Below are positions 1 to 9,436 of a stretch of DNA of 64,000 nucleotides, piece after piece. The notes beneath the pieces were generated by a model. The model had not been told where the DNA came from, searched no databases, and worked only from the letters and a program-made list of their open reading frames with translations. The stretch comes from Clostridia bacterium (GTDB lineage Bacteria; Bacillota; Clostridia; Christensenellales; CAG-314): positions 1,712 through 65,711 of the forward strand of contig JAFQSA010000010.1 in assembly GCA_017409765.1 (NCBI GenBank). The letters run 5' to 3'. The position numbers were made by a program, and so were the translations under genes. Position 1 is the first letter of the stretch; each line of letters begins with the position of its first letter.

Positions 1-989
1 ATGGCTGTGTAGCCCTCGTCAATGGGCGCCCAACTGTAAAATACAAAGTAGCCGGAAAGTGTGTGGGCAAGATATCTTAGCAAAATTGCAATGGTTGTGC
101 CTACGCAAAACTCAGCAACAAGGTTGCCCTTCAAAAATTTGAAGTTACGAGCAATGCCTGCCACACCAATAGCACCAAAGGCGATTGGGTAGTCAATCAG
201 CACTTGAACAGGTTGGTAGAATTGTGGGGATTGCACAAATTGCAAAAGTCCGTAGACAACACCAATAATCACACCACGGCGAGTGCCAAACATGTAGGAG
301 TAGAGTGCCAATGGCAACAGACTTGCAAAGGTAACACTACCGCCTTGGGGCATGGAAAAGAATTTGATGTAGGACAATGCAAAGGACAATGCCACACAAA
401 CTGCGCCAAAGGACAATGATTTTGTGTCGAACTGGGCATCTTTGTCGCCAAGGAGCGCTAGCACCACAATGATTGCTGTGAGCACCACCGTCAAGATGAC
501 AAACAATGCGTTTTGGTTGTTAATTGGGTTGTACCACTCGTCCACGGTTGGGGCGAAAACCGACATCAAAATTGCATACAACACAAACGCGATGGCAAAG
601 CCAAGCGCTGTCCACTTGGTAGCGGATGGTTTGCACTTTTGCAAGAGGCGACAAACAACAACGCCAACGATAACGATGGCAAACATGCCCATCACAACCC
701 AGAAATTTGTGTCGAAGGACTCTTCCAGCACCTTGATGGTAACCTTCAATAGTCCCAACAAACCAATGGTTGCAACGGAGTAGCCGATGACGATGCCCAA
801 AATAGTTCTGCGACCTTTGGCAAGGTCCACTTCCGTTTTGTTGCGAATTGCAATGGCGTAGATGACGATGCCAACGGCCAAAGCAATGGTGAGGTAAAGG
901 GCGATTGTGGACAAAAAGTCCAAGGTGATATCCAATTTTTCGGCGATTTCGCCATTGGATGCGCCCAACTGTTGTAGTAGTTCTAACAT
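1..989 (-). CDS. thiT: Thiamine ECF-transporter S component ThiT (YuaJ family), partial; the 3' end runs off the window and there is a ~180-aa N-terminal membrane extension
   Basis: The minus frame is open from ATG 989..987 (GGAGA upstream) to position 1. It is absent from the ORF track because no stop lies in the window. My translation contains SMPQGGSVTF and LIDYPIAFGAIG, matching the B. subtilis YuaJ SMPQGGS and LLDY blocks. A TPP riboswitch lies upstream. Confidence 0.8.
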   Translation of the reverse strand, partial: MLELLQQLGASNGEIAEKLDITLDFLSTIALYLTIALAVGIVIYAIAIRNKTEVDLAKGRRTILGIVIGYSVATIGLLGLLKVTIKVLEESFDTNFWVVMGMFAIVIVGVVVCRLLQKCKPSATKWTALGFAIAFVLYAILMSVFAPTVDEWYNPINNQNALFVILTVVLTAIIVVLALLGDKDAQFDTKSLSFGAVCVALSFALSYIKFFSMPQGGSVTFASLLPLALYSYMFGTRRGVIIGVVYGLLQFVQSPQFYQPVQVLIDYPIAFGAIGVAGIARNFKFLKGNLVAEFCVGTTIAILLRYLAHTLSGYFVFYSWAPIDEGYTA

Positions 990-1051
990 TTTGTTTTCTC
1001 CTTTGCCGGGAAAGAGAACGGCGATGGCACAAAAAATGGTTGATTAGACAA

Positions 1052-1206
1052 GCCCTATCCGTCAGTCGTACAACTGCCATTTCTCGCAAACGCAGTTTGT
1101 ATCGACGCTTTGGCTACACCCTCTCAGTCAGCGACCGCTGACAGCTCTCCCAAAGTGAGAGCCTTTCACAGGACTGTTTGCTTTACGCATTGCGTTCCCA
1201 AGTGAG
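1052..1206. repeat. Two-hairpin MITE-like repeat (family B): intact copy 1119..1202 plus a degenerate copy 1052..1100
   Basis: 1119..1202 is 83/84 identical to 33703..33786. It carries hairpins GTCAGC-N4-GCTGAC and GCTCTC-N7-GAGAGC and sits between the riboswitch terminator and the thiT ATG. Confidence 0.8.
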
Positions 1207-1253
1207 TGACTATTGGGCAGACAAAGATCAACCAGAGTTGTGACAGAGCCGTA

Positions 1254-1405
1254 AGAAAAAAAGCCTTTGTACAAAGCGTACAAAGGTCCCAAAGTTCTTC
1301 CGCGGTTGCGGAAAAAATATGATGGCTTTCCTTACGCAAGTACTAACTTGACAAGTTCAAAGGGACTCTCTCAGCCGAGTTTCTCGGCACCCCCAGCGAG
1401 GATAT
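1254..1405 (-). promoter_or_regulatory. TPP (THI-box) riboswitch with intrinsic terminator
   Basis: The reverse complement reads GGGGTGCCGAGAAACTCGGCTGAGAGAGTCCCTTTGAACTTGTCAAGTTAGTACTTGCGTAAGGAAAG, which contains the GGGGUGC, CUGAGA and GCGUAAGGAA blocks. It is followed by the hairpin CCTTTGTAC-GCTTT-GTACAAAGG and a T7 run (1286..1254). Confidence 0.85.
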
Positions 1406-1432
1406 GATACTACTTTTTTAGTGAGTTGTCAA
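1404..1432 (-). promoter_or_regulatory. Sigma-70-type promoter for the TPP riboswitch and thiT
   Basis: On the minus strand: TTGACA (1432..1427), a 17-nt spacer, then TATCAT (1409..1404). Confidence 0.6.
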
Positions 1433-1446
1433 CAGGTTTTTGAAAA

Positions 1447-1824
1447 TTAGATGATATGCCTAAAAATAGGTTTCATCAAATGCGGAACGTAGTGGAGTAG
1501 TTCCTCAATCACGCAAAATTGCGCGTACAATTGGGTGTAGTCCTCGTTTTCCGCATAGGATTGCGCTTCGGCAAAGCGAAGGTTAAGTTCGTACACGTCG
1601 ATGTGCGGGAGCATCAGTTCGCTCAGTTCCCTCAACTCCATCCACTTGTCGCGAAAGGCGTTGTAGTCCTGTACAGTTAACTTTTCCTCCTGGCAAAGGG
1701 ACATCATTTGCGTGCACTCGTTGGCTAGTTGCTCGTACTGTTTGGAAAGGCACACCACCTCCAAAATACCACAGGTAAGCACCAGTACAAGGGCAATTAG
1801 CCCCGCCCAGATGTTTTTTGTCAT
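1447..1824 (-). CDS. DUF4363-like small membrane-anchored protein
   Basis: 125-aa ORF with an N-terminal TM helix. Its start overlaps the stop of the upstream DUF421 gene (ATGA), which is the usual DUF421/DUF4363 pairing. Confidence 0.7.
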   Translation of the reverse strand: MTKNIWAGLIALVLVLTCGILEVVCLSKQYEQLANECTQMMSLCQEEKLTVQDYNAFRDKWMELRELSELMLPHIDVYELNLRFAEAQSYAENEDYTQLYAQFCVIEELLHYVPHLMKPIFRHII

Positions 1825-2495
1825 AGTCGTTTTACCTCCACGTTTTTGAAGGAAATTGGCCTGTGCTTGGTTTGCAAGGTCATGCGGTTGTTTTCGTCAA
1901 TGGCAAGGATTACAACGTTTTTGACGTTGATACGCTCCTGACGAAGGAGCAACTGCAAACTTGCCTTGTCAAAGTTGTGTTGTGTTATTTCCTCGTCGTT
2001 CCACTTGCCCTGCTCAATCACAACAATGGGCAATGTTTGTTGCCTGTTTGTCATGTTTTTGTTGGGGATGACTGTCAGTTGGCCGTTTGTTTCCATGATG
2101 CCGTAGGTAATTTCCTCCAGCGAAAAGTACTCGGCGGAGCGCATGGATTGCAAGATGTCGCCAACGGTCATGTTAAGACTGTTTAGCGCTTGCACGTCGA
2201 TGCCGTGGGAGTCGATTACCATCACCGGTTTACCGTTGATGACAGTTTGCATCTTTTTGTTTTTGGAAAGTAGCAAGATGGCTTGGTGGATGACAAACAT
2301 CGTCAAGATTGCAACAATACCAAAAGTGATGGGGATGGATCTGTCCGCCATGGGGATGCACGCCAGTTCGGAAATGACCAGCGTTATGACAAGTTCAAAA
2401 GGCTCCATTTCGCCAATTTGGCGCTTGCCCATCAGTCGCATTGTAAAAAGCAGTACGGCAAAAAGTATGATTGCCCTCAAAAATACTATTATCAT
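1821..2495 (-). CDS. DUF421 (YetF-like) membrane protein
   Basis: The ORF is 1821..2612, but the likely start is Met at 2495 (MIIVFLRAI...). It contains the MRLMGKRQIGEMEPFELV motif typical of the family. Confidence 0.75.
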   Translation of the reverse strand: MIIVFLRAIILFAVLLFTMRLMGKRQIGEMEPFELVITLVISELACIPMADRSIPITFGIVAILTMFVIHQAILLLSKNKKMQTVINGKPVMVIDSHGIDVQALNSLNMTVGDILQSMRSAEYFSLEEITYGIMETNGQLTVIPNKNMTNRQQTLPIVVIEQGKWNDEEITQHNFDKASLQLLLRQERINVKNVVILAIDENNRMTLQTKHRPISFKNVEVKRL

Positions 2496-2751
2496 ACCTT
2501 TAGTGTGGCGAAAGATTGCAAAATTATTCAAGCAAATTTGTGTTGGCAAATTTTGTGCCAAGCGGATGTTTTGCTCGTCAACAATATGCAAAATTTGGCA
2601 AATAGTAAACAAAAGTGAAATATTTTTTGCAAAATATTGGTAAATTCAGCAAAATTTAAGGCACTGGGGTGTACTATTATATTGTAACACTTGCCAAATG
2701 CGCAGTTTGCTACCAACAAGTACAGCGCAGTTACTATCGATAGAGGGTATC

Positions 2752-3471
2752 ATGAAGGAAAACACAGCAAAAAAGAAAAAACACCCCTTCTTTAACTTTG
2801 TAAAGGCGGTTGTTAGAATTTTCAAAAGAAAGCAAAAGGTGGTTTACCTTGGCGACAAAGTGGAAAAGTCCTCGTTGATACTTAGCAATCACGTGGGGGC
2901 ATCGGGGCCAATGTCCTGGGAACTGTACCCCGAGTTTTCCTTTAGGTTTTGGGGAACGTACCAAATGAATGGCAATCTAAAGATGGTGTACCAGTACCTT
3001 TCGGTTATCTACTTCCACCAAAAGAAGCATTGGCCATTGTGGTTATCGCGCATTTTTTGCTTGATTGCCGCGCCCGTGATGAAGGGAATTTACCGCGGAT
3101 TGGAGGTTATTTCCACCTATCCCGACGTGCGACTCAAGAGCACTATCACAACAAGTTTGCAACTGATTGAAGAGGGACACAACATCATCATTTTCCCCGA
3201 GGACTCGTCGGTGGGCTACTTTGACCAAATGACAAAGTTTTTTGCCGGATTTTTGTTTTTTGCAAAAATTTGTTACAAACACGGCCACGACGTGCCGATT
3301 TTTGTTTCCTACTACCACCGCAAGAAAAACACTACCGTTATCGACAAACCCATGCGATACACCGAGTTGCTGGAAAAGTACAAGGGACTTTCCGACGTGG
3401 AAATATCCAAAATTTTGTTGGATAGATGCAATCAACTGGGCGAAGAGATACAAGCTGGCAAGTACAAATAA
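2752..3471 (+). CDS. Lysophospholipid (PlsC-like) acyltransferase family protein
   Basis: Start MKENT follows GAGGGT. It carries SNHVGASGP and FPEDSS blocks resembling acyltransferase motifs I and III. The assignment is tentative. Confidence 0.6.
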   Translation: MKENTAKKKKHPFFNFVKAVVRIFKRKQKVVYLGDKVEKSSLILSNHVGASGPMSWELYPEFSFRFWGTYQMNGNLKMVYQYLSVIYFHQKKHWPLWLSRIFCLIAAPVMKGIYRGLEVISTYPDVRLKSTITTSLQLIEEGHNIIIFPEDSSVGYFDQMTKFFAGFLFFAKICYKHGHDVPIFVSYYHRKKNTTVIDKPMRYTELLEKYKGLSDVEISKILLDRCNQLGEEIQAGKYK

Positions 3472-3490
3472 CAACTACTACTACACCATA

Positions 3491-3523
3491 GGGAGCAACC
3501 ACACAAGGGTTGTTCCCTTTTTT
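3491..3523 (+). terminator. Intrinsic terminator
   Basis: GGGAGCAACC-ACACAA-GGGTTGTTCCC followed by T6. Confidence 0.8.
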
Positions 3524-3656
3524 GATGGGCGCAAAAGTTTACAAAAACTTGGCACGCCACCACCAAAGGTTGAGTGGACAGGTTGCAACAATTTGATTTG
3601 GGTTGTTGCAGTTGCAAAATACATCAAACAATTTGCGCACAACATGTGTAAATTTG

Positions 3657-3685
3657 TTTACAATTTGAAAATAAAGATGTATACT
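3657..3685 (+). promoter_or_regulatory. Sigma-70-type promoter
   Basis: TTTACA, a 17-nt spacer, then TATACT. Confidence 0.55.
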
Positions 3686-3688
3686 GTG

Positions 3689-3790
3689 TTTGCAAAGTTG
3701 ATATCGCGCGTGAAGTGTTACGTTTAGGAAAAGGCGTAAACGAAAGGGCTCATCCGTCCTGCGGTGCGATATTTAGTCCGTTGCAAAAGA
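3689..3790 (+). promoter_or_regulatory. Probable THF (folate) riboswitch aptamer
   Basis: P1 pairs TTTGCAA (3689..3695) with TTGCAAA (3781..3787). The inner helix pairs GATATCGC with GCGATAT. The blocks CGCGUGAAGUG, ACGAAAG, UGCGGUG and GUCCGUUGC resemble the E. siraeum THF aptamer as I remember it. An ECF S component lies downstream. Confidence 0.45.
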
Positions 3791-3970
3791 GTTTGTTTGG
3801 TTGCATTTGCCAAACGCGCTTGTTTTGTTACTAAGTTGGCAATCTTTGCTACAATGTGGAATTGGCCGTTGTGTTTTTGGCAAAATTGCTTTGGTAACAA
3901 TCCCACAATTTGTAGTGTGCCAATGTTTTTTACGGACTGCTTTTGCAAAAACGCAAAAGGAGTTTTTTTT

Positions 3971-4558
3971 ATGAATAGAACATTGAAGATCACTTGCACG
4001 GCAATGCTGACGGCACTTTCCGTTGCGCTAAACTTTTTGACAATCCAACTGACGGGTAGTTCGTCGCTTAGTTTTGTTATGGCAATTTGCATGATTGCCG
4101 GCATCTACCTTGGGGTTGTGCCTGCGCTTGTTGTGGGATACGTTGGCGATTTGATTGCACACCTGATACACCCCTACGGACCATACAACTGGTTTATCGC
4201 TTTGTCTGTTGCGCTTTGGGGCGTGATTTGCGCCGTTGTGTACAAACTGCCACTAAAAAGTCGCTTGGTAAAACTGGTTATTTCCTCGGCAATTTGTTTT
4301 GCGCTTTGCAACTGCTTTTTGAACACGTTTGGCTTGTGGCTACAGTACCAAGCGCACCTTGAACCAGGGCTTGTTGGCTTGATTGAGTTCATCAAAAACG
4401 GCGCGCAATTTGACAAAAGTTTTGGCGTGTACCTGCTTGGCCGATTGCCTTTTATAGCAATCAACATTGTGGCAAACACCATTGTTGTGGGCATCATCCA
4501 ACAAACAAAAGTACTAGACAAATTGCTTGTGCAGTTGAACAATAACAAAGCAAACTAA
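3971..4558 (+). CDS. ECF transporter S component (FolT-like, tentative)
   Basis: Start MNRTLK follows AAAGGAG. The ~195-aa protein has 5-6 TM helices typical of S components. Confidence 0.7.
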   Translation: MNRTLKITCTAMLTALSVALNFLTIQLTGSSSLSFVMAICMIAGIYLGVVPALVVGYVGDLIAHLIHPYGPYNWFIALSVALWGVICAVVYKLPLKSRLVKLVISSAICFALCNCFLNTFGLWLQYQAHLEPGLVGLIEFIKNGAQFDKSFGVYLLGRLPFIAINIVANTIVVGIIQQTKVLDKLLVQLNNNKAN

Positions 4559-4577
4559 AAAACATCAAAATAACAAA

Positions 4578-4607
4578 AGAGAGACGAGTTTCGTCTCTCT
4601 TTTTTTG
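4578..4607 (+). terminator. Intrinsic terminator
   Basis: AGAGAGACG-loop-CGTCTCTCT followed by T7. Confidence 0.85.
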
Positions 4608-4722
4608 CATATTTGAGTATTTTTTGGGGATACGTGGTGTGTTTTTGATAGTTTTGCCATCAAGTTTGTCGCCAAAAGTTTGACGTAGATTTCCACAAAA
4701 TTGCAAGTGGCAAACACCTGCA

Positions 4723-5874
4723 CTACTTGACAAGTTCTTGCGCCAAAGTTTTGATTTGGCACTTGTTTTGTTCGTTTACTGCGGACAAGATTTTTACTTC
4801 CATTTGGCAAGGAGTAAGGTTTTTGCATTTTTCCAACATACCCTTCATAACCTTGGTTGCCATGGGCGCCCAACTGCCGTTTTCGATGAAGGCAACTTGT
4901 TTGTTTTGGAAGTTGTGTTCCACAAGTGTTGCGATAAACTCGCGCATAAATGGGAAGACTTCGCCATTGTAGGTGGTGGTTGCAAACACAATTTTGCCGT
5001 ATCTAAAAGCATCTTCCACCGCTTCTGCCATGTCGCAACGAGCAAGGTCGTTAACAACAACTTTGGGGCAACCTGCAACTTTTAGTTCTTGTTCCAACAG
5101 TTCAACTGCCTTTTTGGTGTTGCCGTAGACGGACGTGTAGGCAATGACAACCCCTTCGCTCTCCACACCGTAGGTTGACCAAACGTTGTACAAGTTGAGA
5201 TAGTAGCCAAGGTTATCTTGGAGAATTGGGCCGTGAAGTGGGCAAATGGTTTTAACGTCCAATGCTGATGCCTTTTTCAACAACGCTTGCGCTTGCACGC
5301 CATACTTGCCTACGATGCCAAAGTAGTAGCGACGAGCCTCGCACGCCCAATCTTCCTCCACGTCCAATGCGCCAAACTTGCCAAATGCATCAGCAGAAAA
5401 AAGTGTGCCTGTAGCGCTTTCGAAACTAACCATAACCTCCGGCCAATGCACCATTGGAGCCATAACAAACGTCAAGGTATGCTCGCCAAGGCTCAATGTG
5501 TCCCCTTCGGTAACGACAACTTTGCGCTCGGCAAAATCGGTACCGAAGTAGTTTTTCATCATGGCAAAAGCGCGCGCGTTGGAAACAATCTTGGCATGGG
5601 GATATGCTTGCATAAAGTGCTCAATGCTACCGGAGTGGTCCGGCTCCATGTGTTGCACCACGATGTAGTCAACGGTGTTTTGACCAAGTTTGCCTTTGAT
5701 GTTGGCTAGCCACTCGTCGCAAAAACGCGCGTCTACGCTATCGATTACGGCAACCTTTTGGTCCAAGATAAGGTAAGAGTTGTACGCCATGCCATTGTGT
5801 ACAATGTATTGACCTTCGAAAAGGTCGATTTCGTGGTCGTTAACGCCCACGTACTTGATGTTTTGTGATAACAT
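4723..5874 (-). CDS. FprA-type flavodiiron protein (metallo-beta-lactamase plus flavodoxin domains)
   Basis: Start MLSQ follows GGAGGAG. It contains the HMEPDHSG di-iron motif and a C-terminal flavodoxin-like VIAYTSVYGNTKK segment. Confidence 0.85.
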   Translation of the reverse strand: MLSQNIKYVGVNDHEIDLFEGQYIVHNGMAYNSYLILDQKVAVIDSVDARFCDEWLANIKGKLGQNTVDYIVVQHMEPDHSGSIEHFMQAYPHAKIVSNARAFAMMKNYFGTDFAERKVVVTEGDTLSLGEHTLTFVMAPMVHWPEVMVSFESATGTLFSADAFGKFGALDVEEDWACEARRYYFGIVGKYGVQAQALLKKASALDVKTICPLHGPILQDNLGYYLNLYNVWSTYGVESEGVVIAYTSVYGNTKKAVELLEQELKVAGCPKVVVNDLARCDMAEAVEDAFRYGKIVFATTTYNGEVFPFMREFIATLVEHNFQNKQVAFIENGSWAPMATKVMKGMLEKCKNLTPCQMEVKILSAVNEQNKCQIKTLAQELVK

Positions 5875-6045
5875 TTCTCCTCCGTAGTACACTTTGATAT
5901 TGTTAAAATTATACCACAAATTGCAAAAGTTTATCAACAAATTGATGGCAATATGCATCAAAAAATAAAAAAGAGAGATTGTCAAAGCAATCTCTCCTTT
6001 GCATTTGTTTTAGATGTGTTATGTTGGTAACCCTCAATGTTGCGT

Positions 6046-6762
6046 TTACCAATTTTCGAGGTTATCTTGCAAAAACAGTTGCAAGTCGTACACGTCGCCG
6101 TGAGGGATGTGCTCCCAAGGCAAATTGTGCTTGTTGATGAGTTGGTCTGTCACCAAAAATCCCTTGATGCCAAGTTCTTGCGCAATCATATCCTCCAAAA
6201 CGTCGTTGCCCACCATGATACACTCGCTTGCATCCAAATGGAACTTTTGCAAGATATCTTGGTAGTAGGCAATGTTGGGTTTGCAAAAACGAGAGTTTTC
6301 GTAGGTGGTATACATTGCGAAATCATCAGGATTTAGCCCTGCCCAACGGATGCGTTGGTTTGTTGCCGTTTGTGGGAAAAATGGGTTGGTGGCAATGATG
6401 ATGCGAAGTCCAAGTTGTTTCAATTTTTCCATCAAAGGTGGCACTTTGGGGTTGAAACCGCAGGCACTTTTGGCAAGAGCAAAACCACTTTGGTAAAACT
6501 TGGCAAAGATTTGTTCGTCTGTGCGCTTGTCTTGGCCGTACACTTGGGTGTAGACATCCCAAAACACCTGCTCGTTGGTCTTTGTGCCGTCGTTTTCCAC
6601 CATGGCTTTGGTGCCCGCCCAAACCGTTTGAATGAGTTTTTGTGGGTCGTAGCCAAAGGGCGCCATTGTTTTGGCAAGTCCGCCCATGTACGTTTTTATG
6701 AACGCATCTTCGTCCATTGGCAACAACGTGCCGTCCAAATCAAACAAAATTGTTGTGATCAT
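6046..6762 (-). CDS. HAD-superfamily hydrolase
   Basis: N-terminal ILFDLDGTLL motif and C-terminal VGND motif. Confidence 0.8.
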   Translation of the reverse strand: MITTILFDLDGTLLPMDEDAFIKTYMGGLAKTMAPFGYDPQKLIQTVWAGTKAMVENDGTKTNEQVFWDVYTQVYGQDKRTDEQIFAKFYQSGFALAKSACGFNPKVPPLMEKLKQLGLRIIIATNPFFPQTATNQRIRWAGLNPDDFAMYTTYENSRFCKPNIAYYQDILQKFHLDASECIMVGNDVLEDMIAQELGIKGFLVTDQLINKHNLPWEHIPHGDVYDLQLFLQDNLENW

Positions 6763-6782
6763 TGTTATGTTTTCCTATGGCA

Positions 6783-8681
6783 TTACCAAATAACAATACG
6801 CTTTTCGGGTGCGATGTACATTTGGTCGTTTTCCGTAACGCCAAAGGTTGTGTACCACTCGTCAAAGTTGCGTGGTGGCATGTTTGCGCGCAAAATGCAT
6901 GGGCCGTGTACGTCTACGGAAAGGAGCAGTTGAGAGTACTCGGGTTTTGCCTTTTGGCACCAAATTTTTGCCCAGTTGAAGAAGTACTCTTGGTAGTTTG
7001 CGCCAGATGTTCTGCCCATGATGTCCAGAGTTACTGCAACGCCACCATTATCCGCCATGTTTTCGCTAACGATAAATGCGCCGTTAACCTTGCCCCAAGG
7101 AAGTTCGATACCATCAAATTGTTCAATCATTTGTTGAACCTTTGCCTCAAAGCGCTTGAAGTCGTCCTCCGTCCACCAGTTGTTGATGTTGCCGTTTTCG
7201 TCGCACTTAGCACCGTTGCTGTCGAACGCGTGGGAGATTTCGTGGCCGATAACCGCACCAATACCACCCAAGTTTTCGCTACGAGATTGTTTCAAGGAGT
7301 AGAATGGCGCTTGCAAAATTGCAGCGGGGAAGGTGATATCGTTGACGGATGGATCGTAGCAAGCATTTACCATGTGGCCAGGCATTGCCCACTTTGTTGG
7401 ATCAGTTGGTTCGTCAAGTTTGGAAAGTTCGTCCAACTCGCGAATTTCTCGAAGAGCAACAACGATATCAAACAAGCTGTCCTCTGGGTTGAACACAAGC
7501 TTTTGGAATACATCTCGAACTTTGTCGGGGTAGCCCATTTTTACGCCCATCTTGGAAAGCTTCAAAATTGCTTTTTGCTTTGTTTCTTCGCCCAAGATGT
7601 CGTTTGTCAAAATGCGCTTTTTGTAGGTATCGATGATTTGGTAAACAATTTCCGTAATATCGCGCTTAGCTTCCTCGCCAAAGTACTTTTCGCCATAGTA
7701 GATACCAACTGGTTCGGAGAACAATCCAGATGCAAGGTTGTAAGCAAACTTGTCGATGGATTGCATTTCGGCAATACCCATCAATGCACGACCATAGGCA
7801 CCACCCAAATTGCGAAGTTCTTCGCTAAGATATGAGCAAGCTTCCAAAAGGCCTGTAACGTAAGCCCAGTGCTTGATGAGCTCGAGGTTATCTTGGTTGA
7901 CAACTGTTGCAAATGCACCAAAATATCTTGGTTCGGTAACAACGATGGTTTGTGGGATGTGTCCAAACAAATCTGTCAAAACCTTGGCAAAGTCCATTGT
8001 GCCAAGCATATCGATTACTTCGTTTGCTGGCATTGGGTTGTAGATAGCGATGTAGTTGGACCACTCTTCGCTGGTCTTGACAAGTACACCAAGCATTTCG
8101 TCAAATGCAAGTGTATCAGCAAGGTACTTTTGTTGGTCTTCGGCGGACAAATCCGTTTGAGCCAAAACGGCTTTTGCAACGCCCGCCCAAATGCCCAAAA
8201 TTTGTTGCTTGGTAGCTTCCATTTCTGGTTTGTAGTAGGATGCATCGGGCAAAATTACGCCAGGGCCTTGGATGTGAACAAGGTTTTGCTTGGAGTTTTT
8301 CATGTCCGTCAAAACGCCAATACGGAAGGGCAATGGCATGCTCTTTGTTGTTAGAGATGCAAACAAACGAGAAAGGTCGTCCATGTTGTGGATTTCATCC
8401 AACTTTGCAAGCATCTTCAAAGCGGGAGCAATGCCGTCCTTTGCCTTTTTGTCGGCATCCTTTGCAATTGCGTAAAGTTCGCATGCGCGACGCATAAAGT
8501 CGTTGGGGTAAGCCTTGGTTTGGGACATTTCCTCAAACTCGCCCATCATGATTTTTTCCACAGCGTCAGCAAGCTCTGCAAAGCCACCTGCCATGGGTTT
8601 GTCGGCAGGGATAACAAGTTCTTCCAACTTTTGTTGGTTAACGTAGGTGTACAAATCGTCTTGAATTCTAATGTTTTCCAT
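6783..8681 (-). CDS. pepO: M13 family metalloendopeptidase (PepO-like)
   Basis: 632 aa, with a VIGHEISHAFD zinc motif followed by NWWT, and C-terminal PPRNF and W residues. Confidence 0.85.
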   Translation of the reverse strand: MENIRIQDDLYTYVNQQKLEELVIPADKPMAGGFAELADAVEKIMMGEFEEMSQTKAYPNDFMRRACELYAIAKDADKKAKDGIAPALKMLAKLDEIHNMDDLSRLFASLTTKSMPLPFRIGVLTDMKNSKQNLVHIQGPGVILPDASYYKPEMEATKQQILGIWAGVAKAVLAQTDLSAEDQQKYLADTLAFDEMLGVLVKTSEEWSNYIAIYNPMPANEVIDMLGTMDFAKVLTDLFGHIPQTIVVTEPRYFGAFATVVNQDNLELIKHWAYVTGLLEACSYLSEELRNLGGAYGRALMGIAEMQSIDKFAYNLASGLFSEPVGIYYGEKYFGEEAKRDITEIVYQIIDTYKKRILTNDILGEETKQKAILKLSKMGVKMGYPDKVRDVFQKLVFNPEDSLFDIVVALREIRELDELSKLDEPTDPTKWAMPGHMVNACYDPSVNDITFPAAILQAPFYSLKQSRSENLGGIGAVIGHEISHAFDSNGAKCDENGNINNWWTEDDFKRFEAKVQQMIEQFDGIELPWGKVNGAFIVSENMADNGGVAVTLDIMGRTSGANYQEYFFNWAKIWCQKAKPEYSQLLLSVDVHGPCILRANMPPRNFDEWYTTFGVTENDQMYIAPEKRIVIW

Positions 8682-8881
8682 AGTGAACTCCTAAAAAATA
8701 AATTTGATGGTACAATTATACCACACAATTGGCAAAATGCAATAGCGTGGTAGTTAATTTTACTAAACTATTTGGATATATTCCACAACCACTAGGGGAA
8801 TTTGGGTTAAAATTCCCTTGAAAGATTACATTTGTAACAAAAAAGAGGCATCGCAAGATACCCCTGTGTGTTTGATAGATT

Positions 8882-9178
8882 TTAGCCGAAGGAAAGTGAA
8901 CGGACAAAGCCGATGACAACATCCAATGCGCTGATGATAAAGGCGCCAATGTAGGGTATAGCGTAGATAAATGCACCAAGGACAATAGCACCAATGGAAT
9001 CACCAAAGCTCATAGAACCAAAAAGTCCCAAAATTCCGCCAATAACACAAATGCCACCAATAATTGATGTAACGATATGGCCAACGCATGTCAAAATATA
9101 GAAAACAATTCTGATCACGTACAAAACAAGTACGATTGGCAACGTGACAATCCACAAAAGTAGTCTAATCAAAAACAT
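8882..9178 (-). CDS. Small multi-pass membrane protein, unknown function
   Basis: Start MFLIR follows GGGAGAAAA. The protein is hydrophobic and Gly-rich. Confidence 0.5.
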   Translation of the reverse strand: MFLIRLLLWIVTLPIVLVLYVIRIVFYILTCVGHIVTSIIGGICVIGGILGLFGSMSFGDSIGAIVLGAFIYAIPYIGAFIISALDVVIGFVRSLSFG

Positions 9179-9355
9179 AGTTTTCTCCCAATTAATTGTA
9201 TTGAACACATTATACCACAATGTGCAAAATGTGTCGACAAAATTGTTGCAACAAATTTTGACAAAATATAACTAAACATGCCAACGTGAGTTGACAAAAA
9301 CTACGACATCCTACAAAATTGCACCACTTGAACAATTGTTTGACAAAACATACAC

Positions 9356-9384
9356 TTGACTTGTTTGCGCAAGTTTAGTATAAT
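9356..9384 (+). promoter_or_regulatory. Promoter of tRNA-Arg
   Basis: TTGACT, a 17-nt spacer, then TATAAT. Confidence 0.75.
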
Positions 9385-9436
9385 TTGATGGCAAAACAAT
9401 TTTGCACAAAATACAAGATTTATTTAACAAACAAAT

